In this document: positions 11,287-26,107 of the stretch, piece by piece | Position numbering within the stretch: the first letter of the stretch is position 1 | Layout of the letters: each line of letters starts with the position of its first letter | NCBI GenBank assembly: GCA_002633005.1 | Contig: NMRA01000007.1 | Span: 1,735,042-1,799,041 of the forward strand | Source of the DNA: Phoronis australis | Lineage: Eukaryota; Animalia; Phoronida | Direction: 5' to 3' | Length of the DNA stretch: 64,000 nucleotides | Position numbers and translations under genes: made by a program | The notes under the pieces: model-generated | What the model saw: only the letters and a program-made list of their open reading frames with translations | Told to the model about the DNA's origin: nothing | The model's database searches: none

Positions 11287-14200
11287 GACGTAGGGTGATG
11301 TTCTTCTTCGGAGACATCAAAACTTTGCAAAAATATGGACTACTCGTGTTTATTTTTTTAGGATTTAATAAAGGTTTTTGAATACTTGCCAAAAACGGTG
11401 AAAATGAAGTTTGAGCTACTCAAAACTAAAAACACTATAATAATAGGTGTATTGAGAACTAGTGATATATTCCAGCTAAAGTGTCTGTGATCAATACGAT
11501 TGAAATATTGATCTTCCGCAATCGCATCCTAGTACTTTCAAATTGTGAAGGTGTTTATGTTGTATGATTAAAGTTGCATTTTGCCTTATTTGGCTGGCTA
11601 AAAATGAAAATCAAATTATATCTTTCACTTTCATATATTGGTCTTATGATGTTTCTTACCGCGATAGGACTCCGTTTCTGATACCAACAAGCACACCGAA
11701 ACCATCCGCGACTCGTAAATTTTCAATTTAGAGATTATAGGGTTTGGCGAACCCTGAAATTGCGAATTCGAAAAGGGCGCATTGCCTATGGCTTGAGTTG
11801 CTAACCGAAGTAGAATCCCATCAAGCTAAAGAATATCATGAGACCGACCTTATGAGTAAAAAATCTAATTCGATTAGACTGTTAAACAGGGCGAAATGCA
11901 GTTTAATTTATCGAAGTTTGTAAAAATGGGCGATTCAGTCGAAACCGAATGTCTGGACGGTAACTGGAAAGTCAAGATTATACGCATGATTATACAATAA
12001 ATTGCATTTATTAAGGAATTGAAAATTTGTGGTTAACGTTCAAGAAGCCCTTCATTTTGGTTTGCTGAACTGGGTTGCATTACTAATCGCTTTATCAAAA
12101 TGTTTTCGTACGAAAATGATGAATAGCATGACATGCTAAGTGTTCTCAATTTTGTCATCTGGAAGTACACGAGTGCATGTATCGAGCGACTGTGACGTCA
12201 ATATTCTGTCTTGTATTTTTGCGAGCTATCTTGCAGGCAGGGGAAAGAGTAAACTGGAAAGATTATTGAGAACGAAATTCATTTGGAATATATTAAATTA
12301 TATGCCGATACTGAACAGCATGTATAAATGTGTCCTTGATAAACTACACAGAAAATAAAACGCTTTCCCCCCCAAGTCCATGCATGATGTCATTTCCGGT
12401 GAAACAGGGAGTGATGTATTGGGAAAATAAGACATTTAGCATCAGCCTATAGTTACGAAAAAATGACAACGCCAACTGAGAGCTTCATTCCTAAGGTTTT
12501 GTATTTGTCAGAACTGCTTAAATCAAGCATTGAAGAAATGGAAATAAAGCTACTTTACGACTTTTTTATGCAGAATCTAGACAAGAACTTACGACCAATG
12601 GTAAGTTTTAGCAAATAAATAAAATAGATGCTCGAATGCCGTGCAGTTACCGACGAATAAGAATATAAAATAGTAAAAATAGTAAAAATAATACGACGAG
12701 CGTCGGTACTAAAATATATTAAAATATTCCCCACGTTTCGAGTGATGCGCTCTTTATCAAGGACATAACACAGACTGCCAGAATAGATGGATATAGATAA
12801 AATCGCACAGGTGACCGCATGGTGATACACAAGAGGCAGCATGAACAATATCGGTCATTACAATTAAATATTTTTACTATCTGGTAAGTTTTAGCGTAAA
12901 TCTCTATTTAGATTCTGCTGTAAAATACGTTGTAAAGTTACGACATTTTAGTGAAACAGGCAAGTTTGGAAAAAATAAATTGAAACAAACAGCTTAATTC
13001 TTGGTGTAAATGACACCAAATCTTCATCACCAGTGTTAATTTAACGATTTTCACCATCCCATTTGCATGGCTTGCGTTGTGGGTGCAGTTCTTTTTTATT
13101 AAAACACTGTCAGAAGGTGGCGCCACCTCTCGATTATACCAAAGATCTGCGACTTACTCTGTAAACCTGTGAAATCTTTTCGATATCTGGTCAGATTTAC
13201 CACTTTCGGGTATTTTCGGACGAAAAAGAAATGACATTATATTGTAATATCGGACGTCAAAAGTTGTCATTTATGCGTTTGATATGGGCTTCATTTTTGC
13301 CGCTTCCCTTACTCGTTAACTTGTCCGGTAATCGAGATGTTCGAGGGTTTTTCCTGGGCCGGGATTTCGCGGTCAACTGTTATTGTGCTTCGTCACTTGT
13401 CAACCTTATTTTTAGGGAGAGAAAATACAACACGAAATTCGAATGTAGGAAGATACTGTACCGTTGAAAAGAGTAAAAATGTCAATTTGTAATCTTGATT
13501 TACACAAATGTAATTGTTTTCAGTTGCTCAAATGCTTTTGGGTGACAATTTTTTAATACCACATTTCCATTTGTCACCCCATTATGGAACGTCCTTTAAG
13601 TTAATTATTCTAAAGCTTATCTTTGCATCCACCAAAATGACAGTTTCTTACACTTGTTAATGGCACATTCAGTGCGAAGGATTCTTTAACTAAAGTAAGA
13701 ACAAAATAAGAACAAAAACACACACGCTCTGTTTTTACTCACCACTGTGGAAGGGCTGAATGTCGTAACGCATTGTGTTTTTAAAATTTTTTTATACGCC
13801 ACTTTACCAGATTTATCGTCTGTGTGCATTTTTGTTCTTATTTTGTCTATATTTGGTTACGACTGATTGCAGAATCCACATCTTTTGTAAGGGGTCAAAA
13901 ACTTTCAATCACGATTTAAAACGGCTCAATGCTGAATTATTTTTGAGAAGTCTCACGAAATGTCGTCGATTTCTACCGACGAAATGATATTTGACACTTC
14001 TATTTTTGTTGGGTCGACTCGCGGACATCTTCTATACGGACAATAACCAGGTGGCCAGACCGGCTCGGTCGGCAAGACTCGAGTTATGCACGAGTCCACT
14101 GTAGGTTAGTACCTAGAGACTAGACTGCTCCGATTAATTTGAACTCATGGTTGACAAAAAGTGATGTCGAGTAACTTAGGAGGAGAATTTCTTGCGTATT

Positions 14201-14949
14201 TTTGGATAGATAACTTTGCAAGGAAACGAACCATACCAAAATCACATGTCCAAGTTAATGTTGTCATATTGTAAACAATTTCCGATGGGTCCGTTTAAGA
14301 AGTTGTTTGCATGTCCTTGCCACTGGAAGTACGTACAGTTGCGACACTTGATTTCATTGACAACTCAGTCAGATAGATTATATCTGAGTTGACAATAACC
14401 TTGTCACGTACCTTCGCGGATTTCTTTCATTGTTTGGTTGGCGCGCGTTTGGATTTTGGTTAGTGTTTTGCAGACGATAAAATATAAACGTATGGAATTT
14501 CTGTGATTCACGGAGGTAGCAAGATCGTCGTGTCCACGTGACGTCTCACCTAGAACTGCCAAGCAATATATGTCGTGGCAGTCGACGACATTCTGTGCGT
14601 CCTCTCAAAAATAGTTGAGCAAGGCACCAAGACAAGCAGGGGAAGCTGTCAAAACAGAAATGGTCTATTGGCGTGGCTTTGAATGCCCGATATTACAAGA
14701 TAAGGTCATGTTTTGATCGTTCGAAAATACCCCATCTGATTATGTGAAGATAATCTCACCGGATTTAAGCAGATAATGCCCTGGTGTTGGCTTACGAAGT
14801 AACTGATTGCATTTTCACAAGTATTGGCGATCTCGTTCATTAATCACTGATTAAGCATTCAGACACTATTCCTGTTCTGTCTCTGCTAAACCCCAAGAAG
14901 GAAATTATACATGGGGTACCACTGAAAGATCGAAACTCGGGGCACGTTC

Positions 14950-15115
14950 CGCCTAGAGGGAGACATTCGCGAGCAAAGCTAGTGTGATCACACGTGGTGC
15001 TTCGCTTGTAATGCTTTGTGATATCTCGCGAAGACTTACGTAATCTGGATTTTCCAGCAATAAAGTTTCTTAACGCAACGCAGCCATGGCACTCTCGTAC
15101 CACGTCCTTCACGCA
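14950..15115. mobile_element. Diverged copy of CGTAGACGCAAG-type short dispersed element
   Basis: Shares ttcgcgag..aagctagtgtgatc..atatctcgcgaa..cttacgtaatct with 30731-30850. Confidence 0.55.
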
Positions 15116-16630
15116 CTGAGCTACGTCGTCCATCGGTACAATCCTTAAGTGTCTCAGAAAAATCATCTACATGAATTAAAAGGACAACAGTGTCTATTAA
15201 TTGGTTTCAATTAAGAATAGGTTGATTTTCCTTCTATAAAAAACTGCATGTTCTTGCTCACCATCTTGCTATCAAAGTATTTTTAGGTCAGGTATTGCAA
15301 CATATTGGTCAAATTTCTTTGACGCCTAATGTCTGGAGGGGGGATTCGAAAAGGAATTGCTTTAATAAGAAAAAGACACTATTAATGAGAACGCCCGTTA
15401 GGTTGGTGGTGTTCCACTCAGATTTAACTTATCATCGATTGTTTACTTTTTAATATTTTTTTATTTAGTCTTTGCCTATTACAAATAAAGTGTGCAAAAA
15501 GTACATGTGACCGAAGTACTTTTTTCCTTACAGAAGCGTAAAATTCGCAATTGTTGACTTCAGGCAGCATTTATGTTGAAAGTTGTCAATGAATACAATT
15601 GCACTTTGTTTAGCGTAGATTATGTTCAAATAGCATTGTCATTTAGTTCCTGCTACACATAAGTATTTTTAGGAGCATGCCAATACATCTTTATGTCACT
15701 TTCATGAAACAGAACCCAGGGCCGGTTGCTAATAAGTTATACTCTAGATAGCAACAATGGCGTTGCATTATCACTTGGCAGATGGATATTGTGGAACATT
15801 ACAGATGGCCTCATGCAACAGTCAAAATTACCCAACCGACAAGAGTTGAAGTTTTATGCACTACAGCCCAAAATTCAAAGCTGGTCGAAGTTTACTAAAT
15901 GAGAAGTTCACAAATAGAAAAGAATTACAAGAACACATAACATATGACAAATGAGAATAAAGATATTCCACAAATCTCAAAGTAAAACCGGCCGCTGACG
16001 AAAAACTGTTCCATACATTTTTCATTTGCTCAGTGGAATGCCCACGCTTAATTTTAGTTTGTCGGGGGAAATGACCACTAAACAACATGGTCCGAATCAC
16101 GTCCATCTTCGTTCATTTGTCAATGCGGTTGCAGTGATTCTGCAAAACAAACATTTGGTTTCTATGTGGTTCAGTTGTGTGGCATATGCACAATTCAATA
16201 GCTCAGATGCGGTTGTTGTCATACGACTAAAAAAAATATTTATTGCAATGTGGACAAGACGTGTTTTTTACAAAATAAAACCTTACACGTTTTCCCAACG
16301 ATCGTGAGTTTTAGTTTTGAACATGTAATGGCACTGAGGTCGAGTGCACATCCCCAGCAAACTAATCATGTTAAGTGCCAACAGGATTCTTTTACCTCGT
16401 GATTATGAGATCATGAATGAACACGCAACAGATAATGATGAGACAATCAAAAGTACAAGTAATTGCGCTATTTTTACGACCAAGGACAATTTTCTTGGCA
16501 ACTTGTAATTTTAGCTGGACTGAAAACATTTTTTAGGTGACACAATGGCGTTTTTATTGCTTTATGTTTTGTTTTGAAACATTTTTATTGGATTTCAGTC
16601 AAACCTCTGGCGAATTCCAGCTTTGCGCTC

Positions 16631-16720
16631 AGTAGACGCAAGAATTTCGCGAGTAAAAAGCTGGTTTGATCACGTGCATCGCTTGAAATTAAACTGTTTA
16701 CGGATAGCGAAAATCTACGT
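16631..16720. mobile_element. Partial copy of CGTAGACGCAAG-type element
   Basis: AGTAGACGCAAGAATTTCGCGAGTAAAAAGCTGGTTTGATC matches the start of the 30731 copy. Confidence 0.55.
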
Positions 16721-17026
16721 GTTCGCATCCAAAAGTGTAGATTTTGGGATACAAGTCACCCTATTTAGAATCCAGAAAGTAACACTCATCGACTAGGCAA
16801 GCAGGCATTTGGTTTTGGATCATGTAGATAACATCTGCTTAAGGTACTCGCATCAACGATCAATGAACATGTTGCTTAAATTACGGGTACTTCTCAGTGA
16901 AATAAAGTGATTTCTTCAGATCGCTATTTTTTGTCTACGGGCTCTGTTGCTTTGGATGATTGCTATCATCCAATCCTTTGTGTATATGACCACTCACTCA
17001 ATCCGTAAACAGGTCAATGCAGTTAC

Positions 17027-17211
17027 CTCGCGAAGTCTTGCGCGATCTTGAGTTTTGGCGAGGTTCTCTCGTCCATAGAACACTGTTTGTTCTCCGTAGA
17101 CGCAAGAACTTGGCGAAAGCGCAAGATCACGCAACACTACGCGAGAGTATTGCCATGCGGAGCTCGTGATCGCACTATCTTCCTTCGCGATTTTGAATTC
17201 TTGTGTTTACG
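17027..17211. mobile_element. Two adjacent oppositely oriented CGTAGACGCAAG-type elements
   Basis: 17095-17211 has inverted termini CGTAGACGCAAGAA / TTCTTGTGTTTACG. 17027-17078 is an imperfect reverse complement of 17095-17145. Confidence 0.65.
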
Positions 17212-20200
17212 TAACTCAACCCAGGTTACCACAGCCACGTGGGCCAAAATTCCACTCCAAGTTGTTTCTCATCCAGCTAAAAATCTCTTTCGAAGCGGCA
17301 CCTACGGATAACAACTAGCGTTACAATACTAGCCCTTAGGAGTAGCACAGATTTGCAAACTCAGTGATTAGAAACAATACTATCCTTGTTCCCACTCGAT
17401 CTACCCTCGGTAGTCAACCAGATTTTCACTATCGTGTGCTGTCCTGTCTCAATGTTCCCGGGTTCAGTACGATCGACTTGTTATTGAACAACTAAGCACT
17501 TTTGTCCTATTATTACTATAAACCACGACCGGATAAACATTTCCAATCTTTAACTAAACAAATTATCACAATGAAATGTTATGATTTCCAGTCAATGCTT
17601 TGGAACAGATTTACAGTTTCTGGACCATGTTCTTTGAAATAGAATAAAGATAAATTAAAATAAATTCAACGTATCTGCGCATCGGCCTGGTTCTTAAAAT
17701 CAAAGCTTTAATTCATAACTTAATAATTAAATGCAACATTCCTCTCTTATCCTGTCGATCTTCAACAATGTTGAACAAATACAGAAAATGTTAATAAGAC
17801 AATTGTATAGACTGCCAGTCGAGTGAACAGCGGCTTTGTGCAAACACAAAGCAGCGAAAATTTACCTCTGCTTTTGGAATGTTTAACAGTAGAAGTTGTT
17901 ACGAGCTGGTAATTATAACGTGACCTAGTGCGCGCCTGATGAAGATCCCGGAGTGAAATCAAAACGATCTTTTAGAAAGTCTAGAAATACGTCTAGATTC
18001 TCCTTCTGGAGGAGCAAAATTGGGTTCGTTTGCATGAAGACAATGTACATCTATCAACAGGTAAGACGTGTGTTAAGTATTTCGATTTTAGTCATAAGTT
18101 CATAGCAGCCTAATAAATTTAGTCCGGAACTCACACTAAAAGCACGATATCGTTTATGAGCGAATGAAAAGTTATCCATCCGGGCAGGACAAGTTGACGA
18201 CTTGGGTCAGGTAAAGTAGGCTGGAACTCTTGCCAAGTTGATAAAAGAAGTTCAGGTTCATAACAAAACTTGAAAACTACATGTCCATAAGACTGGTCAG
18301 TGAGTTTGGTAGATTTCAAACGGCTGTCAGTTTAAACAGGGCGAATGTTTTGTTTTGGAGTTTAACAAACATTTACCATTTTCAAAAAAAAATCTTATTC
18401 TGAAGGTATGGAATTGAAACTGCTTACACGCGTGCATTACAACTATAAACTACTTCAGTTCTCGCGTAATGACTCCACAGGCGTCAACGTACTTCGTGTG
18501 GCACTATATGTTTTCAAATTTGTGTACCGATAAAATTCTCCACCAGTTCCAAGATAGGGTGTGATGTACGATGGCTGTAAAGATTTTTTCCATTCCTATC
18601 TGTATCGATAGACTTAATTCTAGCGACACAGGTGTAACTCTAAGATTGTGTACTACCTTGTTGACAATAATTAGCCCAAAATCTCTACAAAACTGTAGAT
18701 TTAACGGATGAACAGTGCATAAACCATGGTATTTGAAAATTATACATGAATCCGATCATCTACTTCTGAGGTGTGATGTTCCGAAGTTAGCCAAATTTGT
18801 TCATTTTTCTGGGGTCCTACATAACCTTGAAGATGCTATGTCTCATTAAATTGTGAATATGCAAATGAAGTACTAGTTTACAAACAACCCCGGGTCTTCC
18901 GGTGTGCCGGAACCAATCTGAGAACCAGTTACCGTTACAATCTCGCGAAAGTCTCCTTTTGTGAGACTATTTTTATGTAAATGAGTATATGGTAATATGC
19001 CATCGTTGCCCTACTGAAACAAGGCAGTGACAGATTTTGTTGTTTGTTCATTTAACTATCAAAAGTCGAGTGCGTACTATTTGGTTTTTATATGTTAACA
19101 CTTGTTTTTAAGTGCATATGTTGTCTTTCTTTAAAACCGCAATTTATTTATAAATTGTTTCTTTTCCTGATTATACTTGTACACGCAGTTCTTCAGCAAG
19201 TCACTAGGTGGCGCTTGATACAAATTTGAATATTCACGGTTTTAATGAGACACAGAATTTTTACGTCTATCCATTGGTGGTACTTCAGAGATACCACCTC
19301 TATGAAAAAGTGACGAAATAATTTTGTGCTTCACATTATCAGTAACTTTTTAGAGTTACTAACACTATCGACGGTAAGGGCTCGAGGAAAACAAAATCTC
19401 GTGTTGTCCTTGTACAGTTACCGTAATGCAATGCACACTCGGCATGAGCTCCCGTAGAAAGGTCTTGAGAAGACGCCTTTGAAGAGTTGCTGACAAGTTA
19501 TATCAACGACTTGATTACCTCGATAGTTCTTTCTAGGCATAGTAACGATTCATCCTAGCCCGTTATTACTGTCAATTTCTGTCATATCCTCAGGCAAAGA
19601 AATAATTGAATTAGATAAGTGAAGTGCAGGCTCACCAGTTACCGACAGCACACCACATATACACCTTTATTAAAGTGTGAGTCTCTGGTAAAAGGCAGAG
19701 CTGATACGACACCGATAAAACGCAGGTTTATGCATGAAAAACACGGACCGGTAGGAGGCATAACTGCACCTAGGTTTTCCGGTTTTGTTATTACAAGGAT
19801 GTCCAAAATAAGCCTGAGTAAACACGCCTGTAATCAGAGATAAGAATTTTCTTATCAACTCCTGCTTAATGGGATGTAGAAAGTCGATTGAATCACAACC
19901 TCGAAGAAAAAGGTAAGTAGCGCAAATAGAGATTTAGATTTGATGCTCGAGATGACGTGGTTTAGAAAAGCACGTGAAGAAAATTCCAATATCAGTGAAT
20001 GACAGCTGCTTTAACAATGGTTATTATCAGATAAACATCATCACCGATTGATCGAGGCTTGCAATTATAGCCAGGTACAGATGGACGGGCCAGATTTTAC
20101 GGTGAAACACGTGCTGTACATTTGTTTTATTTGTGTGAATATCGCTTCATCAAACTACGGTAGGCTTGAGTTAAACAAGCCTCGAAAGGCGGACAAGACT

Positions 20201-21220
20201 GCTGCACCACGGTGCAAAGACTTAATCTGTACAGGGATTCGTGTGATAGTAATATGGTGACGATCACATTAAGTTGGACTTAGGCCAGTTGGCGATGAGT
20301 CTCACTGGATAAGGCCTGTGATGCACAACGTCTAAGGTAAGTTTGATGACACCGACACTGGATTCCGCTTATCACAGTTTTCGCAAACTTGTATGAGATA
20401 TGCGTGCTGTGTCTGTTCATTGGTTATCCTGCACTTTTCACTTGAAAAAGTGTCGTACATCATCGTTCTGACCTAGGGACCGATATCACCGTCATGGGAC
20501 AATCGCTTCGCGAGCTTTTATGTTTCACACCTCGATTATTAAAACATTAGTTTAATCACATTGACCTAATTACAGACGGTGAGAATCTAGTGCGTGAATA
20601 GCTGGGCACCCTTTTGGTCTGTACACGATTTGTGGTCTTGTTTTGCTTTTTGTTTGATTGTTTTTATTCGCGGTCGCATGACCTATGAACTTTTAATGCC
20701 CTCAACTGTGAACTTTGCAAAAGAATGCAGTTTTGTCAAGGTGTTACATGTGTGATTGATGTCAGATTAAATGGTCCTTTTAACAATTTTTTCTAACCCC
20801 AGACGAGGTATCATGTTTTTAAAATCTGTAGTCCTAGACCAAGTCCACGCAGTTTACCCCTGCAGGTAAGTATTTTTCTTACCTGCGTTGGTCGTGAATA
20901 GAAGCTAAGTTTTAATTTAAAGCACTAAACGCCATGAAAGTGGTCTCAACATGTTCTTGACTCAGAGGAGAAGTGGTTACTGGGCTTAAAAAGACATGGC
21001 AACTCTTTATTGCTTCAGACCGCTGTTCGGCGAATGATATAACACGCCGTGACCAGCTATAACGTGTTGAGCTAAGTCTCAACCTAATAAGGAACTGACA
21101 GTTCTTTCCAAACTCATAAGTCGCCTCTAATATGAGCATGGAACAGCCTTTATGGTAAAGTGTGTTTGTCACAGCTTTTCAATGTCGACATTTATGTACA
21201 ATCCCCTGCAAATACAAGGT

Positions 21221-21624
21221 GGGTAATCAAGAATTGGTCGGACTTCAGAAACGCTTGCCGGGATTTCAAACCAGTCGGCTGGACTGGAAACCAAATGGCC
21301 AGTGATCAAACGTGTTGTCCGGACTTCTGAAAACGCGATGGCTTCATCCAAAAAAACTAATTGGCTGGAAACAAAAAAGATGGCCCCGTGCTATAACCAG
21401 TTGGCCGGTGATTTGTTCGGCCACTGTGTTTGAGCACCAGCCAAACCGTTTTGCGTCCGGCCAACCAGTTTTTGGTGTGCGGCCATCTGGCTTTGAGGTA
21501 CCAGATATCGCGTTTTGAGGTCCGACAAACAAGTTAGAACACCTGCCATTGGGTTTGCAGTCTACCCAGCTAGTCTTGAAGACCGGGCAAATGGTTTTGA
21601 AGTCCGACCAATTGCTGATTCCCC
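21221..21624. mobile_element. About 400-bp foldback (near-palindromic) element
   Basis: Outer arms AATTGGTCGGACTTCA / TGAAGTCCGACCAATT, with further nested inverted blocks (GGACTTCTGAAAACGCGAT / ATCGCGTTTTGAGGTCC). Confidence 0.75.
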
Positions 21625-22582
21625 TCATGAAGTATCAGTATTTGAACTGACAGTCTCGAGAATGAGCAAGGGCTCGAGGTCACTGGGACTCGGAGATAAA
21701 CCAATAACACATACCTAGGTTAATCTGTGCTTTGAAATTGATATAAAGACAATGTCACTTGTATAGACAGGTGCTGTAAGTGTGCTTACGCTGCAAACCA
21801 TAATACGTGGACGCGAAAGGTAAGTCATAATTATTCCTTTCTGAGAACTCCTCCATTTCTGTACACCTGTAAGAGAGACGGGGGTCCACTCCCACAGAAG
21901 AGGTAAACCGCACGTGCGGTTCAGAAGTGTGATTTTTTCATGACAGTTTCCCATAATCCTCTATGAAAGGATGCACTCTCCTACACATTCCCTATAAAAG
22001 AATTCACTTTGGAAGTTTGAAATCTTCAAAAGTTTTCTTTTCCAACTACCCAAAACTACAGAAGTGGGTTTTCAATACCATCTGTATAATAAAAACTTTT
22101 GTTACAAATGGTGTGCTCATTTTTGATAACATAGGACTCTTATTCTTTCAGGTTTCATAGAAAAAATGCAACTTTCCAAAATTCCTCACGAAAGGATTAG
22201 GCTTATAGAATAAACCTCTAAGAGTTTCTGGAACAAACCCGGCCCTACGTCAGGAGAACTTTTTCATGGAATCTTGCTACAAACAGGTTTCTTCTTTCTG
22301 CCAAAATATAATTAAGTATCAATCGAGCATAGAAACGCTATGCATATCCCCGCACTGTAAAGAAACAAGTACTTTTGTTCTGAACGTGCCTGCCATGCTC
22401 ATAAACAACGCCACAGACGATGGTTTTAAGTAAGACCCCCCCCCCGCTCACAAATTTTCTGAACACTCTTGTTTATTTGCTCATTGCCATAAGCATTTGC
22501 AAATAATGACTAATTGTTCGCTTATTTAGCACAGCATATGTCGAGGTGTTATTTTGGAGCCAATGTGAAAGCTGTTCGTCAA

Positions 22583-23451
22583 ATTTTTATTGTTTGCAAC
22601 AACGCATTGAGACATTGCAAAACAGTAAATGGACAATTTTGTTAATTATTTTTGTGTTTAATAAGCAGAGACTTGCCGTAATAACGACAAATTCCCACAC
22701 ATGTGGTCCACTTTGTATTTGAGGACAATTAGATGGACGAAGATTCTGTACCAATCAAAGCGGGTAATAACTGGTATGTTAGCATACGGATACCTTTAGA
22801 TCACTAATGTCTGATTAGGCAATTTTCACGTCATCATTATCCTCATCAAAGGGATTTGTGTATTAAGGAAGGTATACGACATTGAATGGCGTATATAAGG
22901 TGAATCTAAGCTCAAGGCTGTGGTAAGCGGTGTTCACTTTTCAACACGAAATGCCCCAAATCACTTCAAAAATAACATTTTATTTGTATATGACAAAATA
23001 AGGAGTATTGTTGCCANATTTTTATTGTTTGCAACAACGCATTGAGACATTGCAAAACAGTAAATGGACAATTTTGTTAATTATTTTTGTGTTTAATAAG
23101 CAGAGACTTGCCGTAATAACGACAAATCCCCACACATGTGGTCCACTTTGTGTTTGAGGACAATTAGATGGACGAAGATTCTGTACCAATCAAAGCGGGT
23201 AATAACTGGTATGTTAGCATACGGATACCTTTAGATCACTAATGTCTGATTAGGCAATTTTCACGTCATCATTATCCTCATCAAAGGGATTTGTGTATTA
23301 AGGAAGGTATACGACATTGAATGGCGTATATAAGGTGAATCTAAGCTCAAGGCTGTGGTAAGCGGTGTTCACTTTTCAACACGAAATGCCCCAAATCACT
23401 TCAAAAATAACATTTTATTTGTATATGACAAAATAAGGAGTATTGTTGCCA
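22583..23451. repeat. 434-bp near-identical tandem duplication separated by a single N (probable assembly artefact)
   Basis: 22583-23016 is repeated at 23018-23451 with N at 23017; I see only two substitutions. Confidence 0.9.
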
Positions 23452-25986
23452 AGAAGACGGGGAAAACGTGGTTCAAGGAATGCACATCCACTGAGAAAAA
23501 TGGCCTTTATTTTCACACGACTTACAAAGTAATGAGTATGTTTATCAAGGAAATGGGCAACAAAAACTTGCTTTTTGAGGAGAACCAAAATTACCGCTTT
23601 GGTATCCATAATATTACATGTACAATATCTGTACAAGTCAAATCGCACATATGTTTTTTTTTTCTATTACTGTGATCGAAAACTAGGGCTATGTTTTGCA
23701 GATGCAAGAAAGTTGGGAGAGTGTTTTGCGTCTACGTAACACAACCAGTATTTTTCACCCTAGTAAGTTTGTCCTGAAATAGCACAACGACATGCTGATT
23801 CTAAGGTATTTACCCACATTGCAACGCGTGTGTCAAGCACTTGTCGTTCTTCTACGCAAGTAGTCACTTATTTACATATCTTCATTTTTATGTATCATAC
23901 CATTGTTATGCTAGAAAACGTGTGTTATTGTATTTGAGTTGCAATTCCGACGCCAAAAATTTGACAAAAAGGCAAAGATCAGAGCTGGTTGTGCTTCCCA
24001 TAATAATCAATTCAGTAGTGCTTCACCTTTTGAAAAGCAGGTCATTCATGCATTGTATTGACTCTACCTCCACTGAAGAGGATGGTTCAGGTGGAGATCA
24101 AGGTCTATTGCTTATCATGTTTTTTCTCTTTCGTTCTCTCTGTCTTTCGTTCTTCCTCGTCGTCTTCTTTCCATTTCCTTTCTTTCGTGTTCTCATTTTC
24201 CTTACTTTTTATTTTTTATTTGAATAATCTGAAATTAGGAAAGCGTTCCTTAGTTGAAAGTTATCTCTAATGGGCATTTATTGTTGCTCCTCCTTACTTC
24301 CTAAAAAAAGTTGAAAACCTGACTGACAGACAACCGTCTTGCCTTTGGAATATTTTAATTAGTAGCGCTTCGAGCGGATTAAATGCCACGTTATCATATC
24401 TTACTCTTCGTCTCTTTATCATTTCTTTTATATGAAATGTACACTGAGCCACGGGACGGAATGTAAAAATAATCTACATAATTCAGCTGAGTTAACATTA
24501 ACAAGACAAGTTTTCAACTGCACATAGGCAAAAAGATAAAATCAAGTGTATTGACATAACCAAAAAATTTTATTATCCCTGATGTCCTACATTTGGTTAT
24601 CACAACGCATCACGTGGACAAACTGTTTATGTGGTACGGTATGTTTTCTAAGTCATTGATTTCTTTGATGTTTTTTCTTGATAAGGGTGTAAAATGATGG
24701 GGTTCTAATGTTTCATTCACTTTCATCTATCATATTTTACGTTTTTGTTTTGTTTAATGAACCACTTATCATTTATCCCCATTCCTCTAAGCGGTAATCA
24801 AATCCTTTTCACATTCAAAGGGAGTATTTTAAAATTTTCCTTCGATGTCGTTCCGGATTGATATATAATTGTAAAACATTTCTAGGCATCCATTGTCGTA
24901 ACTTCGTTTCAACAGAGGGTGGTCGTATTTTGATTCATTAGCGGAGTGGATTAGTTTTAATTAATAACATTGAAATTCGCCATTGTTTCTGAATATGCAT
25001 ATTATTCTTCTCTAAATGCGTTAAAAATAGTGCAGGTGGTCTGAAACACGTTGCACCAGACGTGCACAGGCATCTCAGCTGGACCCGTTTCACCAAAACC
25101 CGAAACCAACACGTATACAAATTTTCACATATTAAGTTAAGACCGAGCCGAGGAGCTAGATACCCGCCTCAAGGGTTTAGCAACGGGGTCCAGTGAACAT
25201 ACGACCTTGAAAACACCAATGTTCCTGAGTATGCATACTATTCTACTATGAATGCCTTCAAAACTTGAATGTTCAATTTCGATCAAACCGTTTGCAGTTT
25301 AAGGGACATAGGTTGTTTTACAGGCGAAAAATGCTCATCTAGAATATTATTGTTGGATGGGTTAGACTTCTTGAAGTTATTAGCTTTCACCAGAACTCAA
25401 TCGGCTTTGCGTTGCTACTTTACATGGCGTTCTACGAAACAATTGATGCGACACCAAAGCTGACGAATAACCTTCGTCAATTTAGATCGTATAGTGAGCC
25501 AACCAGTTTTGCTCCTACTAGGGCGAAATATCCGTTTTGCAAAAATTGCAAACCAGGCACGTCACAGCCTAACAGCTGTATTGCAGCTTATCTCTTCAAA
25601 CATTTGAATTTAAAGTGTCCATTAAACCGCCTTCGGTTAAAGAAGCGTTTTTTATTCATTCCTATTTCCGGTACAAAATTGATGTCATCTTATTCATTAC
25701 TCATATGAGAATTGATTTCTGGGTTCAATTTCCATTTAAAACGGATCTTTGCGGATCTAACTCACGAAATGTCGTCGATTTCCATGACATTGTTGTTTAG
25801 CATTTAACCGACTCGTGGACGAGAGGGTCTCCCTAACTGGTGACTGCGTCGCCATCTGTCGGTTTTCCTAGACAAAAGTTTCACGATCCTGGACCATGAG
25901 CTAGGCAATATTTAAATGACACCGCCTTGTCTATTCAGAGAAGGATTCTTGGCTATCCGCGTAGTCTTTCTGCTCAAAACAAGAAC

Positions 25987-26107
25987 TCTCTCTCTCCCTC
26001 CCCCTCCCCCTNNNNNNNNNNNNNNNNNNNNNNNNNNNTCTCCCTCTCCCTCCCCCTCTCTCCCTCTCCCTCTCCCTATCCCTCCCTCCCTCTCTCTCTC
26101 TCTCTCT
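25987..26107. repeat. CT-rich low-complexity tract with assembly gap
   Basis: (CT)n/(CCCT)n runs around an N run at 26012-26038. Confidence 0.9.

Noticed and set aside
11109-11381. Poly-Ile and poly-Tyr ORFs
   Set aside because: Translations of the (TAT)n microsatellite.
22583-23451. 434-bp tandem duplication as a biological event
   Set aside because: The copies abut a single N and differ by about two substitutions, the signature of overlapping allelic contig ends.
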